From Planctomycetota bacterium (GTDB lineage: Bacteria > Planctomycetota > UBA1135 > UBA2386): a stretch of 64,000 nucleotides of DNA. Below, piece after piece: positions 41,826 to 50,301 of the stretch. Within the stretch, counting starts at the first letter, position 1, and the number at the start of each line of letters is the position of its first letter. Under the pieces are notes generated by a model that saw only the letters and a program-made list of their open reading frames with translations, ran no database searches and was not told where the DNA came from. The DNA lies in the NCBI GenBank assembly GCA_046290465.1, contig JBKAGP010000001.1:3616001-3680000 (forward strand). Reading direction: 5' to 3'. Position numbers and translations under genes: made by a program.

Positions 41826-43181
41826 ATGCACACCGCGATGATCGCGTTCGCTCTCTCGTTGGCGGCGCCGGCGCTGCTTGCGCAGCAGGCGCAGGACCCG
41901 GCGGCGACCAGTTGGCCGTCCTACCACGGTGCGTTCGGCCGCGGCGTCGCCGACGGCTTCGCGACGCCGGTCGAGTGGGACGTCGAGGCGGGCACCAACA
42001 TCGCCTGGTCGACCAAGATCCCGGGCCTGTCGCACTCGTCGCCGGTCGTCTGGGGTGACAAGGTATTCGTCAACACGGCGATCAAGGAAGGCGACGACGA
42101 CGCGGAGCTGCGCGTTGGCCTCTACGGCGACATCAAGTCGGTCGAGGACGACTCGGAGCACGAGTTCCGGCTGCTGTGCCTCGATCGCAACAGCGGCGCG
42201 GTGCTGTGGTCCAAGCTCGTGTGGAAGGGCGTGCCGGCGATCAAGCGGCACCCGAAGGGCTCGCACGCAGCGTCGACGCCCGCGACCGACGGCGAACGCG
42301 TGGCGGTGTTCCACGGCACCGAAGGCCTGCACGTGTTCGACATGCAGGGCGAACTGCTGTGGAAGAAGGAGTTCGGGGTGCTCGACGCCGGCTTCTTCCG
42401 GATGCCGTCGGCGCAGTGGGGCTGGGCCAGTTCGCCGGTGCTGCACGGCGGCCGCGTCTACGTCCAGGCCGACCACCAGAAGGACAGCTTCGTCGCCGCG
42501 TTCGACGCCAAGACCGGCGAGCAGCTCTGGCGCACCGCGCGCGACGAGGTGCCGACCTGGTCGACGCCGACCGTGCACATCAGCGAAGGCCGCCGCCAGC
42601 TGGTGCTCAACGGCTGGAAGCACATGGGTGGCTACGACCTCGACACCGGCAAGGAACTCTGGTGGCTCGAAGGCACCGGCGACATCCCGGTGCCGACGCC
42701 GGTCGCAGCACATGGACGGATCTTCTTGACCAACGCCCACGGCGGACCTGCGCGCATCCTGGCGATCGCCGAGGACGCCGAGGGCGAACTGTCGGTCGAC
42801 GCCGACGGGGAGAACGTCGTCTGGGCAAACCGTCGCTACGGCGCCTACATGCAGTCGCCGTTCGTCTACGGCGACGAACTCTACGTGTGCCGGGACAACG
42901 GCGTGATCACCTGCTGGGACGCCAAGACCGGCACCCAGCACTACCGCCAGCGGCTGACCGCCGGCGTCGGCTACACGGCGTCGGGCGTCGCCGCCGACGG
43001 CAAGCTCTACTACCCGAGCGAGGAGGGCGTCGTGCACGTCGTCAAGGCCGGCAAGAGCTACCAACTGCTGGCGACCAACGACCTCGGCGAGACCTGCATG
43101 GCGTCGCCCGCGATCTCGCAGGGCATGCTGCTGTTCCGCACCCGCACGCAGCTGATCGCGGTGGCCGCGCCGAAGAAGTAG
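41826..43181 (+). CDS. PQQ-like beta-propeller protein
   Basis: SWPSYHG, HSSPVVWG, TWSTP. Confidence 0.9.
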   Translation: MHTAMIAFALSLAAPALLAQQAQDPAATSWPSYHGAFGRGVADGFATPVEWDVEAGTNIAWSTKIPGLSHSSPVVWGDKVFVNTAIKEGDDDAELRVGLYGDIKSVEDDSEHEFRLLCLDRNSGAVLWSKLVWKGVPAIKRHPKGSHAASTPATDGERVAVFHGTEGLHVFDMQGELLWKKEFGVLDAGFFRMPSAQWGWASSPVLHGGRVYVQADHQKDSFVAAFDAKTGEQLWRTARDEVPTWSTPTVHISEGRRQLVLNGWKHMGGYDLDTGKELWWLEGTGDIPVPTPVAAHGRIFLTNAHGGPARILAIAEDAEGELSVDADGENVVWANRRYGAYMQSPFVYGDELYVCRDNGVITCWDAKTGTQHYRQRLTAGVGYTASGVAADGKLYYPSEEGVVHVVKAGKSYQLLATNDLGETCMASPAISQGMLLFRTRTQLIAVAAPKK

Positions 43182-43236
43182 CGGCGCCCTTACGCAGAGC
43201 TGACGCAAGCTCGGGCGCGACGCGTAGCATCGGGAC

Positions 43237-44607
43237 ATGTCGCCCGTGCTGCCCGCCCTGTTCGTCGCCGCGATGTCCTGCGGCCTGCCGCTCGCCCAGC
43301 AAGGCCGGCAGGCGACTCCGGAGAGCCGGCCAGGGCTCGAGGCGCAGCACCAGCGCGGCGACTGGAGCAGCTGGCGCGGCCCGCTCGGCACCGGCGTGGC
43401 GCCGCAGGCCGATCCGCCGATCCAGTGGAGCGAACGGCAGAACGTGCGCTTCAAGGTCGCGGTGCCCGGCTTCGGCTACGGCACACCGATCGTGCACGGC
43501 AACCAGGTCTTCGTGACCGCGGCGGAGCCGTTCGGGCCCGAACTCGCGCCGGTGCCCGACGACGCACCCGGTGCGCACGACAACGCGCGCGTCACGCAGA
43601 AGCACCGCTTCCTGGCGATGGCGTTCGACGCACGCACCGGCGAGCAGCTGTGGCGAACGGACCTGCACCAACAGCTGCCGCACGCGGGCTTCCACCAGAG
43701 CAGCGCGCTCGCAGCGGCGTCGGCGGTGACCGATGGCGAACACGTGTTCGCGTTCTTCGGCTCGTACGGCCTCTACTGCCTGACGGTCGACGGCGATCTG
43801 GTCTGGCAGACCGACCTCGGCGACATGGACATCAAGCACGGCCACGGCGAAGGCGTCACGCCGGTGCTGCACGGCGACACGCTGGTCGTCAACTGGGACC
43901 ACGAGGGGCCGTCGTTCGTCGTCGCGTTCGACAAGGCGACCGGCGAGGAGCGCTGGCGCAAGCAGCGCGACGAGGTGACCTCGTGGTCGACGCCGATCAC
44001 CGTCGAGCACGACGGCCGCGTGCAGGTGATCGTCAGCGCGACCGGCGCCGTGCGCGCCTACGACCTCGCGACCGGCGACGTGATCTGGTCGTGCCGCGGC
44101 CTGTCGCACAACGTCGTCGCGTCGCCGGTCGCCGCGGACGGCTTCGTCTACGCGGGCAGCAGCTACGAGAAGCGGCGCATGTTCGCCGTCGAGCTGCAAG
44201 GCGCCAAGGGCGACATCACCAACACCGACAGCGTCGTCTGGCGTCGGCAGCGCGGCACCCCCTACGTGCCCTCGCCGCTGCTCTACGGTGAGTGGCTCTA
44301 CTTCCTCAACCACTACCAGGGCTTCCTGGCGCGCGTGCATGCGAGGACCGGACGCGAAGCCCACCGCCCGATCCGCCTGCCCGGCATGCGCGCGATCTAC
44401 GCCTCGCCGGTCGGCGCCGCCAACCGGATCTACCTGACCGATCGCGAAGGTGTCACGCTCGTGCTCGCGCATCCTGCGAACGGCGCCGAGCCCGAGGTGC
44501 TGGCGCGCAACGTGCTCGACGACAGCTTCAGCGCGTCGATGGCGGTCGTCGGCGACGCGATCTACCTGCGCGGCCGGCAGCACCTGTACTGCCTCGCCAG
44601 GCCGTAG
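43237..44607 (+). CDS. PQQ-like beta-propeller protein
   Basis: DWSSWRGP; HGEG, NWDHEG and EVTSWSTP shared with the 31974 paralogue. Confidence 0.9.
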   Translation: MSPVLPALFVAAMSCGLPLAQQGRQATPESRPGLEAQHQRGDWSSWRGPLGTGVAPQADPPIQWSERQNVRFKVAVPGFGYGTPIVHGNQVFVTAAEPFGPELAPVPDDAPGAHDNARVTQKHRFLAMAFDARTGEQLWRTDLHQQLPHAGFHQSSALAAASAVTDGEHVFAFFGSYGLYCLTVDGDLVWQTDLGDMDIKHGHGEGVTPVLHGDTLVVNWDHEGPSFVVAFDKATGEERWRKQRDEVTSWSTPITVEHDGRVQVIVSATGAVRAYDLATGDVIWSCRGLSHNVVASPVAADGFVYAGSSYEKRRMFAVELQGAKGDITNTDSVVWRRQRGTPYVPSPLLYGEWLYFLNHYQGFLARVHARTGREAHRPIRLPGMRAIYASPVGAANRIYLTDREGVTLVLAHPANGAEPEVLARNVLDDSFSASMAVVGDAIYLRGRQHLYCLARP

Positions 44608-44616
44608 CGGCGACCG

Positions 44617-46797
44617 CTACTTCTTCTCGACACGCTCGAACATGAGCTTCTGGTCCTTGCCGATGCGCAGCGCAATCGTCTTGGGGCCGGAGGCCGGCGT
44701 GATGATCTCGAGGTCGACCGGAATGCCGGAGATCGGGTAGGCGCCGTCCTTCTTCTCGTCGACACAGACGCGGTTGCGATCGCCGTCCGGGCCGAACCAG
44801 AGCTCGCCGTCCGAGACCGACATCGCGACCTCACGCTCGCCGAGCGGGGTGTTCTTCATGGTCGGCTTGTAGCGGCCGAGGATCGACGCGAACTCCTTCT
44901 TCAGCGCCTCGGTATCGCGCGCGATCTCGGCCGGCGTGCGCATCAGCCGCCGGATGGCGCTCGGCTGCGCAAACGCGTCGCCGACCTCCACCCACTCGGC
45001 CCCCTGCAAGGCCATCACGTGCTCCTGGCCGTCCTCGGCGCGGTAGCGCGTGATGCTCTGCGGTAGCGTCAGCCCGGAGAGGCGCTGCGAGCCGTGGTAG
45101 ACCAGCGTCGACCGCCGCGCGCCCTCGGTGCCGCGGAGGCGGCCCGAGTCGACGGCGAAGTAGAACGAACGGCTGTCCCCCGCGCTCGACGCGGTGACCT
45201 TCCAGCACTCGGTCTCCGCGAACCGCACCGGGCCGGAGGTCTTCGCCCCCTCGGGGCACGTCGGCGCAAACAGCTGCGACAGCGGGAACAGCTGCTGCAG
45301 CTCGAACCGCTCGTCGCCGGAGACCATGCGCGCGCCCTGCGGTTCGATCGCCCAGCACGAGTCCTGGTCGCACACGTAGTCGAGGCCTCCCTCGTCGAGA
45401 TGCTGCACCCACAGGTCCGGCGCGACCAGCGTCATCGTCATCGGCTCCGGCGGCAGCCCGCGCAGCGGGATCGCCCAGGTGCCGGTCAGCCGCAGCGCCT
45501 TGCCCTCGACCGCGAAGGCGTCGGCGGCAACGGCCGCTGCGTGCTTGTCGAACAGGTCCTTCGCGGCGGGCGCATCCGCCGCGGCGTCCCCGCCAGCCCC
45601 CTTGGCGACGCCACCGCCCCGGTGGTCGAGGCACGCCATGTCGCCAAGGCTGTTGCGCACGTAGATCAGCCCCCCGACGAACACCGGCATCGTCCAGTAG
45701 ACGCCGCCCTCGAGCACCTTCTTGCGCGACAGCTCGCGGAACTCGTCCGGGTCCGCCTCGGCGACGATCAGTTCGCCGTCCGAGTTGAGCACCAGCAGGC
45801 GACCGCCTGCCATCGACAGCGAACCGAGACCCAGGCCGCGCACGCGCCACTTCGACTTGCCGTTGCTGTCGAGGCAGCGGAGCATCGACTCGTCGAAGCC
45901 GTAGAGGTGGTCCTCGTGCAGCACGCACGCGGTCACCTTGTTGCGCATGCGCTTGTTCGACCACAGCCGTTCGGGCTCCTTGTCGTCGCCGAGCCGGATC
46001 ATCGCCGCGCCCTTGTTGTAGGCCGTCGACAAGAACACGCGATCCTCGCCGACCGCGATCGGCACCGCGCAGTGCACGGCGCTGCCCATCAGCGGCCACG
46101 GGTATTCGTAGAGCACGCGGCCGTCGTCGCGCGCGTGCACGAAGAACGTCGTCGCGCGCATCGCGGCCAGCGCCGGCGTGCCGCCCACCTCGAGCATCGC
46201 GAGGTTGGAGTAGGACGCGTCGCCGAGGTCGTTGGTCTTCCAGATGACGGCGCCGTCCTGCTTGCGCACGGCAGCGACGAGGCCGCCGAACTGCAGGTAG
46301 ATGCGGTCGTTCTCGAGCAGCGGCGACGCCGAGAAGCCGTGGAAGGTCCTCTCGACCTGCCACTCCTTCGCATAGTCGCGGGTCCAGGCGACCTTGCCGT
46401 TGGCGAGGTCGAGCACGTGCAACACGCCGAAGCGGTTGAGGCAGTAGACGCGGCCGTCGTGGATCGTCGGCGTCGTCAGCGTGCCGCCGCCGTGGTAGCG
46501 CGGTTCGTCGGACGAGTCGTATTCGTACTTCCAGAGCCGCTTGCCCGTCTTGGCGTCGAGGCAGAGCACGCGATCGACGCCCTCCTTCTCGTGGTAGCCC
46601 ATCGTGACGAGCTGGCCGCCCACGATCGACGGGCACGAGTAGCCGAGCCCGACGTTGGCGCGCCACAGCGGCTCGTCCGCGCCGACCGGCGACCAGTCGC
46701 GCGCGGCGACGATTGCGGTGCGGTCCGGGCCGCGGTATTCCGGCCAATCGGGACCCTGGGGAGCGGACAGAACGAGGGCACTGAAGAGGGTGAGCAT
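44617..46797 (-). CDS. PQQ-like beta-propeller with a ~300-aa C-terminal (possibly LolA-like) domain
   Basis: DWPEYRGP; propeller ends near MACLD, followed by a Gly/Ala linker and a beta-rich domain. Confidence 0.82.
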   Translation of the reverse strand: MLTLFSALVLSAPQGPDWPEYRGPDRTAIVAARDWSPVGADEPLWRANVGLGYSCPSIVGGQLVTMGYHEKEGVDRVLCLDAKTGKRLWKYEYDSSDEPRYHGGGTLTTPTIHDGRVYCLNRFGVLHVLDLANGKVAWTRDYAKEWQVERTFHGFSASPLLENDRIYLQFGGLVAAVRKQDGAVIWKTNDLGDASYSNLAMLEVGGTPALAAMRATTFFVHARDDGRVLYEYPWPLMGSAVHCAVPIAVGEDRVFLSTAYNKGAAMIRLGDDKEPERLWSNKRMRNKVTACVLHEDHLYGFDESMLRCLDSNGKSKWRVRGLGLGSLSMAGGRLLVLNSDGELIVAEADPDEFRELSRKKVLEGGVYWTMPVFVGGLIYVRNSLGDMACLDHRGGGVAKGAGGDAAADAPAAKDLFDKHAAAVAADAFAVEGKALRLTGTWAIPLRGLPPEPMTMTLVAPDLWVQHLDEGGLDYVCDQDSCWAIEPQGARMVSGDERFELQQLFPLSQLFAPTCPEGAKTSGPVRFAETECWKVTASSAGDSRSFYFAVDSGRLRGTEGARRSTLVYHGSQRLSGLTLPQSITRYRAEDGQEHVMALQGAEWVEVGDAFAQPSAIRRLMRTPAEIARDTEALKKEFASILGRYKPTMKNTPLGEREVAMSVSDGELWFGPDGDRNRVCVDEKKDGAYPISGIPVDLEIITPASGPKTIALRIGKDQKLMFERVEKK

Positions 46798-46852
46798 GGG
46801 CCCGCACATGGTAGCCCTGCAGCCGCACACGCGGCTTTCAAAGAGCACGGTG

Positions 46853-46881
46853 TTGACAACAACGACGCAGCTCGCTATGGT
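46853..46881 (+). promoter_or_regulatory. Sigma70-type promoter
   Basis: TTGACA (46853-58), 17-nt spacer, TATGGT (46876-81), in an intergenic region between divergent genes. Confidence 0.75.
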
Positions 46882-46892
46882 CCCGCGCCGCC

Positions 46893-46964
46893 ATGAGCCA
46901 CCAGTTGCACAACCAGATCGACACGTCGCGCTTTCGCGACCTGAGGTCTACGCACGCGAGCTGA
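46893..46964 (+). CDS. Putative attenuator leader peptide MSHQLHNQIDTSRFRDLRSTHAS (23 aa)
   Basis: ATG 11 nt after the -10 box; stop 24 nt before a terminator; overlaps a predicted antiterminator. Confidence 0.55.
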   Translation: MSHQLHNQIDTSRFRDLRSTHAS

Positions 46965-46988
46965 TCGATCCACGATCGCTCTCGTCAC

Positions 46989-47031
46989 AAAGGCCTCGCC
47001 ACCGATTGCGGTGCGAGGCCTTTTCGGTTTT
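46989..47031 (+). terminator. Intrinsic terminator (attenuator)
   Basis: AAAGGCCTCGC-c-ACCG attg CGGT-GCGAGGCCTTT followed by TCGGTTTT. Confidence 0.8.
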
Positions 47032-47096
47032 GGAACCGGCTGCATGGCCGAACCGGCAGTGCGACCCTGCCACACACGGAAGAAGGAGGACTCCCG

Positions 47097-47129
47097 ATGA
47101 ACGACATCTGCACCGAACAACTCGTCTGA
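47097..47129 (+). CDS. 10-codon mini-ORF MNDICTEQLV
   Basis: Strong AAGGAGGA Shine-Dalgarno 6 nt upstream of the ATG. Confidence 0.35.
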   Translation: MNDICTEQLV

Positions 47130-47212
47130 ACGCCGTCCGGCGGCGCGCTCCCGGCCCATCGAGGTTCCGGCTGCGTGTTCCGCGACACGGGTTCTCACGG
47201 CGTCAGATCGCG

Positions 47213-47284
47213 CGTTGCGTAGCTCAATGGTAGAGCACGGGACTGTTGATCCCGGGGTTACGGGTTCGAATCCCGTCCAGCCGA
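47213..47284 (+). tRNA. tRNA-like element, anticodon GTT (Asn), with a defective acceptor stem (pseudo-tRNA or tRNA mimic)
   Basis: TA-GCTC AATGGTA GAGC D-arm; CGGGA CTGTTGA TCCCG anticodon arm; ACGGG TTCGAAT CCCGT T-arm; acceptor strands CGTTGCG/CCAGCCG mismatch; no encoded CCA. Confidence 0.8.
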
Positions 47285-47710
47285 GGCACTCGGCACCTCT
47301 TGCCCAAAAGGGCGCACCCGACGCGTGTTCCTGCCGGCGTCCGCGCGACGCCGCGACCGCCTGCGAATCGCTCCCGACGAGCGGCACGCAGGACCGTTCG
47401 ATCACCTTGCACCATTCGACTCGCGCCGCGGAAGCGGCGCGGCAACGGCACCGTTGTGCGCCCAGGTTGCGATCCGCGGACCTCTGCGATCCTTCCGAAA
47501 CGCACGGCGTCGCCCGCACCGCGTCGCGCCGCTTCGCCTGCGCCTGGTCCGTGATCGCGGCGGGGTCGCTGCGACACGTGGCGCTGGCGGGGCACCTTTC
47601 TCGACGTATCCCGACCACTGCATTCCCCCGTCGCCGGCGATCAGGAACGGCGCCTGCGACGGCTCAGCCTTCACGTTCCAACCAACTCCCCACCTCCGAA
47701 GGAGGACCCC

Positions 47711-48829
47711 ATGATCCGCACCTACATCAAGCAGCACGAGATCGGTCTCGTGTTCCGTCGCGGCGACCTCAGCCGCGTGCTCGAGCCGGGCCGGCACATC
47801 CTGCCGGAGCGGCTGCTGCCCGACACCCGCATCGAGAAGCACTCGATGCTCGACACCCGCTTCCGTCACGACTCCCTCGACACGCTCGTCGAGAACGAGA
47901 CCCTGCGTTCGCACCTCGAGATCGTCGATCTCAGCGAGGACGACCGCGCGGTCGTGTGGCGCAACGGCTGCCTGTACGACTTCGTCGGCTCCGGCCGCTA
48001 CGCGTATTGGAAGACTCCGCACACGCTGAAGGTCGAGGCCTTCAACGTGGCGGAGGTCGAGTTTCGTCACCCGCAGCGCGATGCGATCATGACCATGCCG
48101 CAGGCTCCCGAGCACCTGCTCGGGGTCGACGTCGACTCGCACGAGCGCCTGCTCGTGCGGCGCGGCGGCGAACTGGTCGGGGTCTACGGCGGCGGGCGTC
48201 ACGCGTTCTGGTCGCGCGGTCGACTGATCACCTGGACGGCCGTGGACATGCGCGAGCAGATCGCGGACGTCGCCGGACAGGAGATCATGACCGCCGACAA
48301 GGTCACGCTGCGACTCAACCTCGTCGTTGCCTGGCGCGTCACCGATCCCGAACGGAGCACCAGCGTCGTCGACAACGCGGCCGGGGCCGTCTACCGCGAA
48401 GCCCAGCTCGCGCTGCGCGCCGCGGTCGGCACCCGCGAACTCGACCGCCTGCTGTCCGACAAGGACAAGGTGGCCAACGAGGTCCGCGCGTCGATCACGC
48501 CGCGAGCGTCCGAGTTCGGCGTCGCGATCGCGTCGGTCGGCATCCGAGACATCGTGCTGCCCGGCGAGATGAAGACGATCCTCAACCAGGTCATCGAGGC
48601 CGAGAAGAAGGCGGAGGCCAACCTGATCCGTCGTCGCGAAGAGACCGCGGCGGCGCGCAGCCAGGCCAACACCGCCAAGCTGCTGGCCGAACACCCCGTC
48701 CTGCTCCGCATGAAGGAGCTCGAGTCGCTCGAAGCGATCCTGCGCGACGCGCGCACGACCTTCGTGTTCGGCTCGGGTGACATCACGCGACAGGTGAAGA
48801 GCCTGATCGCCTCCGGCGAACAGGAATGA
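47711..48829 (+). CDS. Slipin family (SPFH/Band 7) protein
   Basis: GAAGGAGG SD; VDMRE...GQEIMTADKVTLRLN, GIRDIVLPGEMK, RREETAAARSQANTAKL. Confidence 0.9.
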   Translation: MIRTYIKQHEIGLVFRRGDLSRVLEPGRHILPERLLPDTRIEKHSMLDTRFRHDSLDTLVENETLRSHLEIVDLSEDDRAVVWRNGCLYDFVGSGRYAYWKTPHTLKVEAFNVAEVEFRHPQRDAIMTMPQAPEHLLGVDVDSHERLLVRRGGELVGVYGGGRHAFWSRGRLITWTAVDMREQIADVAGQEIMTADKVTLRLNLVVAWRVTDPERSTSVVDNAAGAVYREAQLALRAAVGTRELDRLLSDKDKVANEVRASITPRASEFGVAIASVGIRDIVLPGEMKTILNQVIEAEKKAEANLIRRREETAAARSQANTAKLLAEHPVLLRMKELESLEAILRDARTTFVFGSGDITRQVKSLIASGEQE

Positions 48830-49030
48830 CCGGACCACCCGGTCCGCGCGTCCTCGGCGGCATCCGTCGCCGGGGACGCGTCCCATCGCCGTACCGAGTC
48901 GTTTTCCGGTGACAGGAACGCGCGCGGTCCGTTCACAGCGCACTGCCGCCGAGCGACCCGCCGACCCCACGGCTCGCCACGTGCACACGGCCGGATGGCT
49001 GCCTCCATCCGGACCCAAGGAAGAAAGAGC

Positions 49031-50188
49031 ATGAGCAAGGCCCACATCGCAATCATCTGTGCCATCGGTCTGTCCGCAGGTCCGTTCGCGACCTGCATCG
49101 CACAGCAGCCCCATGGCATGGCGGCCGACGGCATGGCGGCGTTCGCCGAGCTGTCGCCGGCCCGGCAGAAGAAGCTCGTAAAGGAGATGCGGCTCGCCGC
49201 GGACGCGATCGAGCACGTCGCGTTCGACGCGCAGCGGGAGCTGCTCGCCCAACTGCGGAAGGCGAAGCTCGCCAACCAGAAGAGCAAGCTCGGCAAGACC
49301 AAGGAGTCGAAGAAGCCAGCACCCAAGGCCCCCGCGAGCTGGCAGCTGCCGGCCGTCGTCACCTACCGCTACGGCTTGGCCCGGATCGAGCCGGTGCTGC
49401 GAACGGGCGGTCGCAACGCGCTCAAGGCCGCCGAACTGCGCGTGCCGACCGAGCTGTTGCTGCTCGGCATGCTGCCGGACGCGGACCTGGTCGTCGCCGA
49501 ACTTCAGCGCCAGATGGACGGCGACCGGTCGGCCGACCCGTTCATGCGCTTCCTCGAGCTGTGGCGCAACGGCGACGAGAGCTTCTACCAGGCGCTCGAC
49601 CGGACCGCCGGCACGCAGGACAGCGTGTTCTTCTACGACGTGATGCTCGGCGACTACGTCAAGAGCTTCGGCAAGGGCAAGAGCGCCGCCGCCAAGCACC
49701 TCGCGAGCAGCCTCGACGCCGCGCACGATGCGCTGCACGACTCGTTCTTGAGCTACCGACAGTACCGGGCGTTCCGCGAGGCCGTCGCGCTGTCGCTGGT
49801 GCTGCCGCCGGACGTGCAACTGCCGGCGCGGCTACGCCGCTACGAGACCGCCGCCGAAGGCCTCTACTCGCTGCGCGACCAGGTGCAGATGGTGCTCGCC
49901 GCCAACGACCACGACCCGCGCGCCGTCACCACGCTGGTGCGCGAGACCGCCCCGCCGCTGCCGGACCCGCTGTGGTCGAGCAGCTACAACCCCTACGACG
50001 GCTGGACCAAGGTCTTCCAACGCGCGATGCCCAAGATGATCGCCGACAGCGGCAGCACCGACGCGTTCTTGGCGAAGGCCAGCAAGCAGGCGACCGAACG
50101 CGCGACGACCGTGCGCAACGCAGCACGCGCCGCGCTCGGCCTGCCGACCGGCGAACCCCGCCACCTCGGCGGCGCGGCCCCGCAATAG
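49031..50188 (+). CDS. Hypothetical secreted, helical protein
   Basis: Long ORF with host-like codon bias and a signal-peptide-like N-terminus; no motif recognised. Confidence 0.7.
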   Translation: MSKAHIAIICAIGLSAGPFATCIAQQPHGMAADGMAAFAELSPARQKKLVKEMRLAADAIEHVAFDAQRELLAQLRKAKLANQKSKLGKTKESKKPAPKAPASWQLPAVVTYRYGLARIEPVLRTGGRNALKAAELRVPTELLLLGMLPDADLVVAELQRQMDGDRSADPFMRFLELWRNGDESFYQALDRTAGTQDSVFFYDVMLGDYVKSFGKGKSAAAKHLASSLDAAHDALHDSFLSYRQYRAFREAVALSLVLPPDVQLPARLRRYETAAEGLYSLRDQVQMVLAANDHDPRAVTTLVRETAPPLPDPLWSSSYNPYDGWTKVFQRAMPKMIADSGSTDAFLAKASKQATERATTVRNAARAALGLPTGEPRHLGGAAPQ

Positions 50189-50223
50189 ACCCTCCGACGA
50201 CGACCGCGGCCCTCAAGAACGAG

Positions 50224-50270
50224 CAAACACCGCATACCGAACCGGGTTCATCCTGCGCCGTGAACGGCGC
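50224..50270. repeat. REP/REPIN-like palindrome, copy 4 (one arm plus the inner hairpin)
   Basis: CAAACACCGCATACCGAACCGGGTTCATCCTGCGCCGTGAACGGCGC, between convergent genes. Confidence 0.88.
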
Positions 50271-50301
50271 GGCGGCAGCGGTCGTTGGGCTGGGGGCGCG
50301 G

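Noticed and set aside
47213..47284. tRNA-Sec (selC), given the nearby selenium genes
   Set aside because: The anticodon is GTT, not TCA, and there is no long variable arm.
47295..47700. Further degenerate tRNA-like units (GTTCGATC near 47397, TTCGACTC near 47415)
   Set aside because: T-loop-like words are present, but I could not build flanking stems or D-arms. A covariance-model search is needed.
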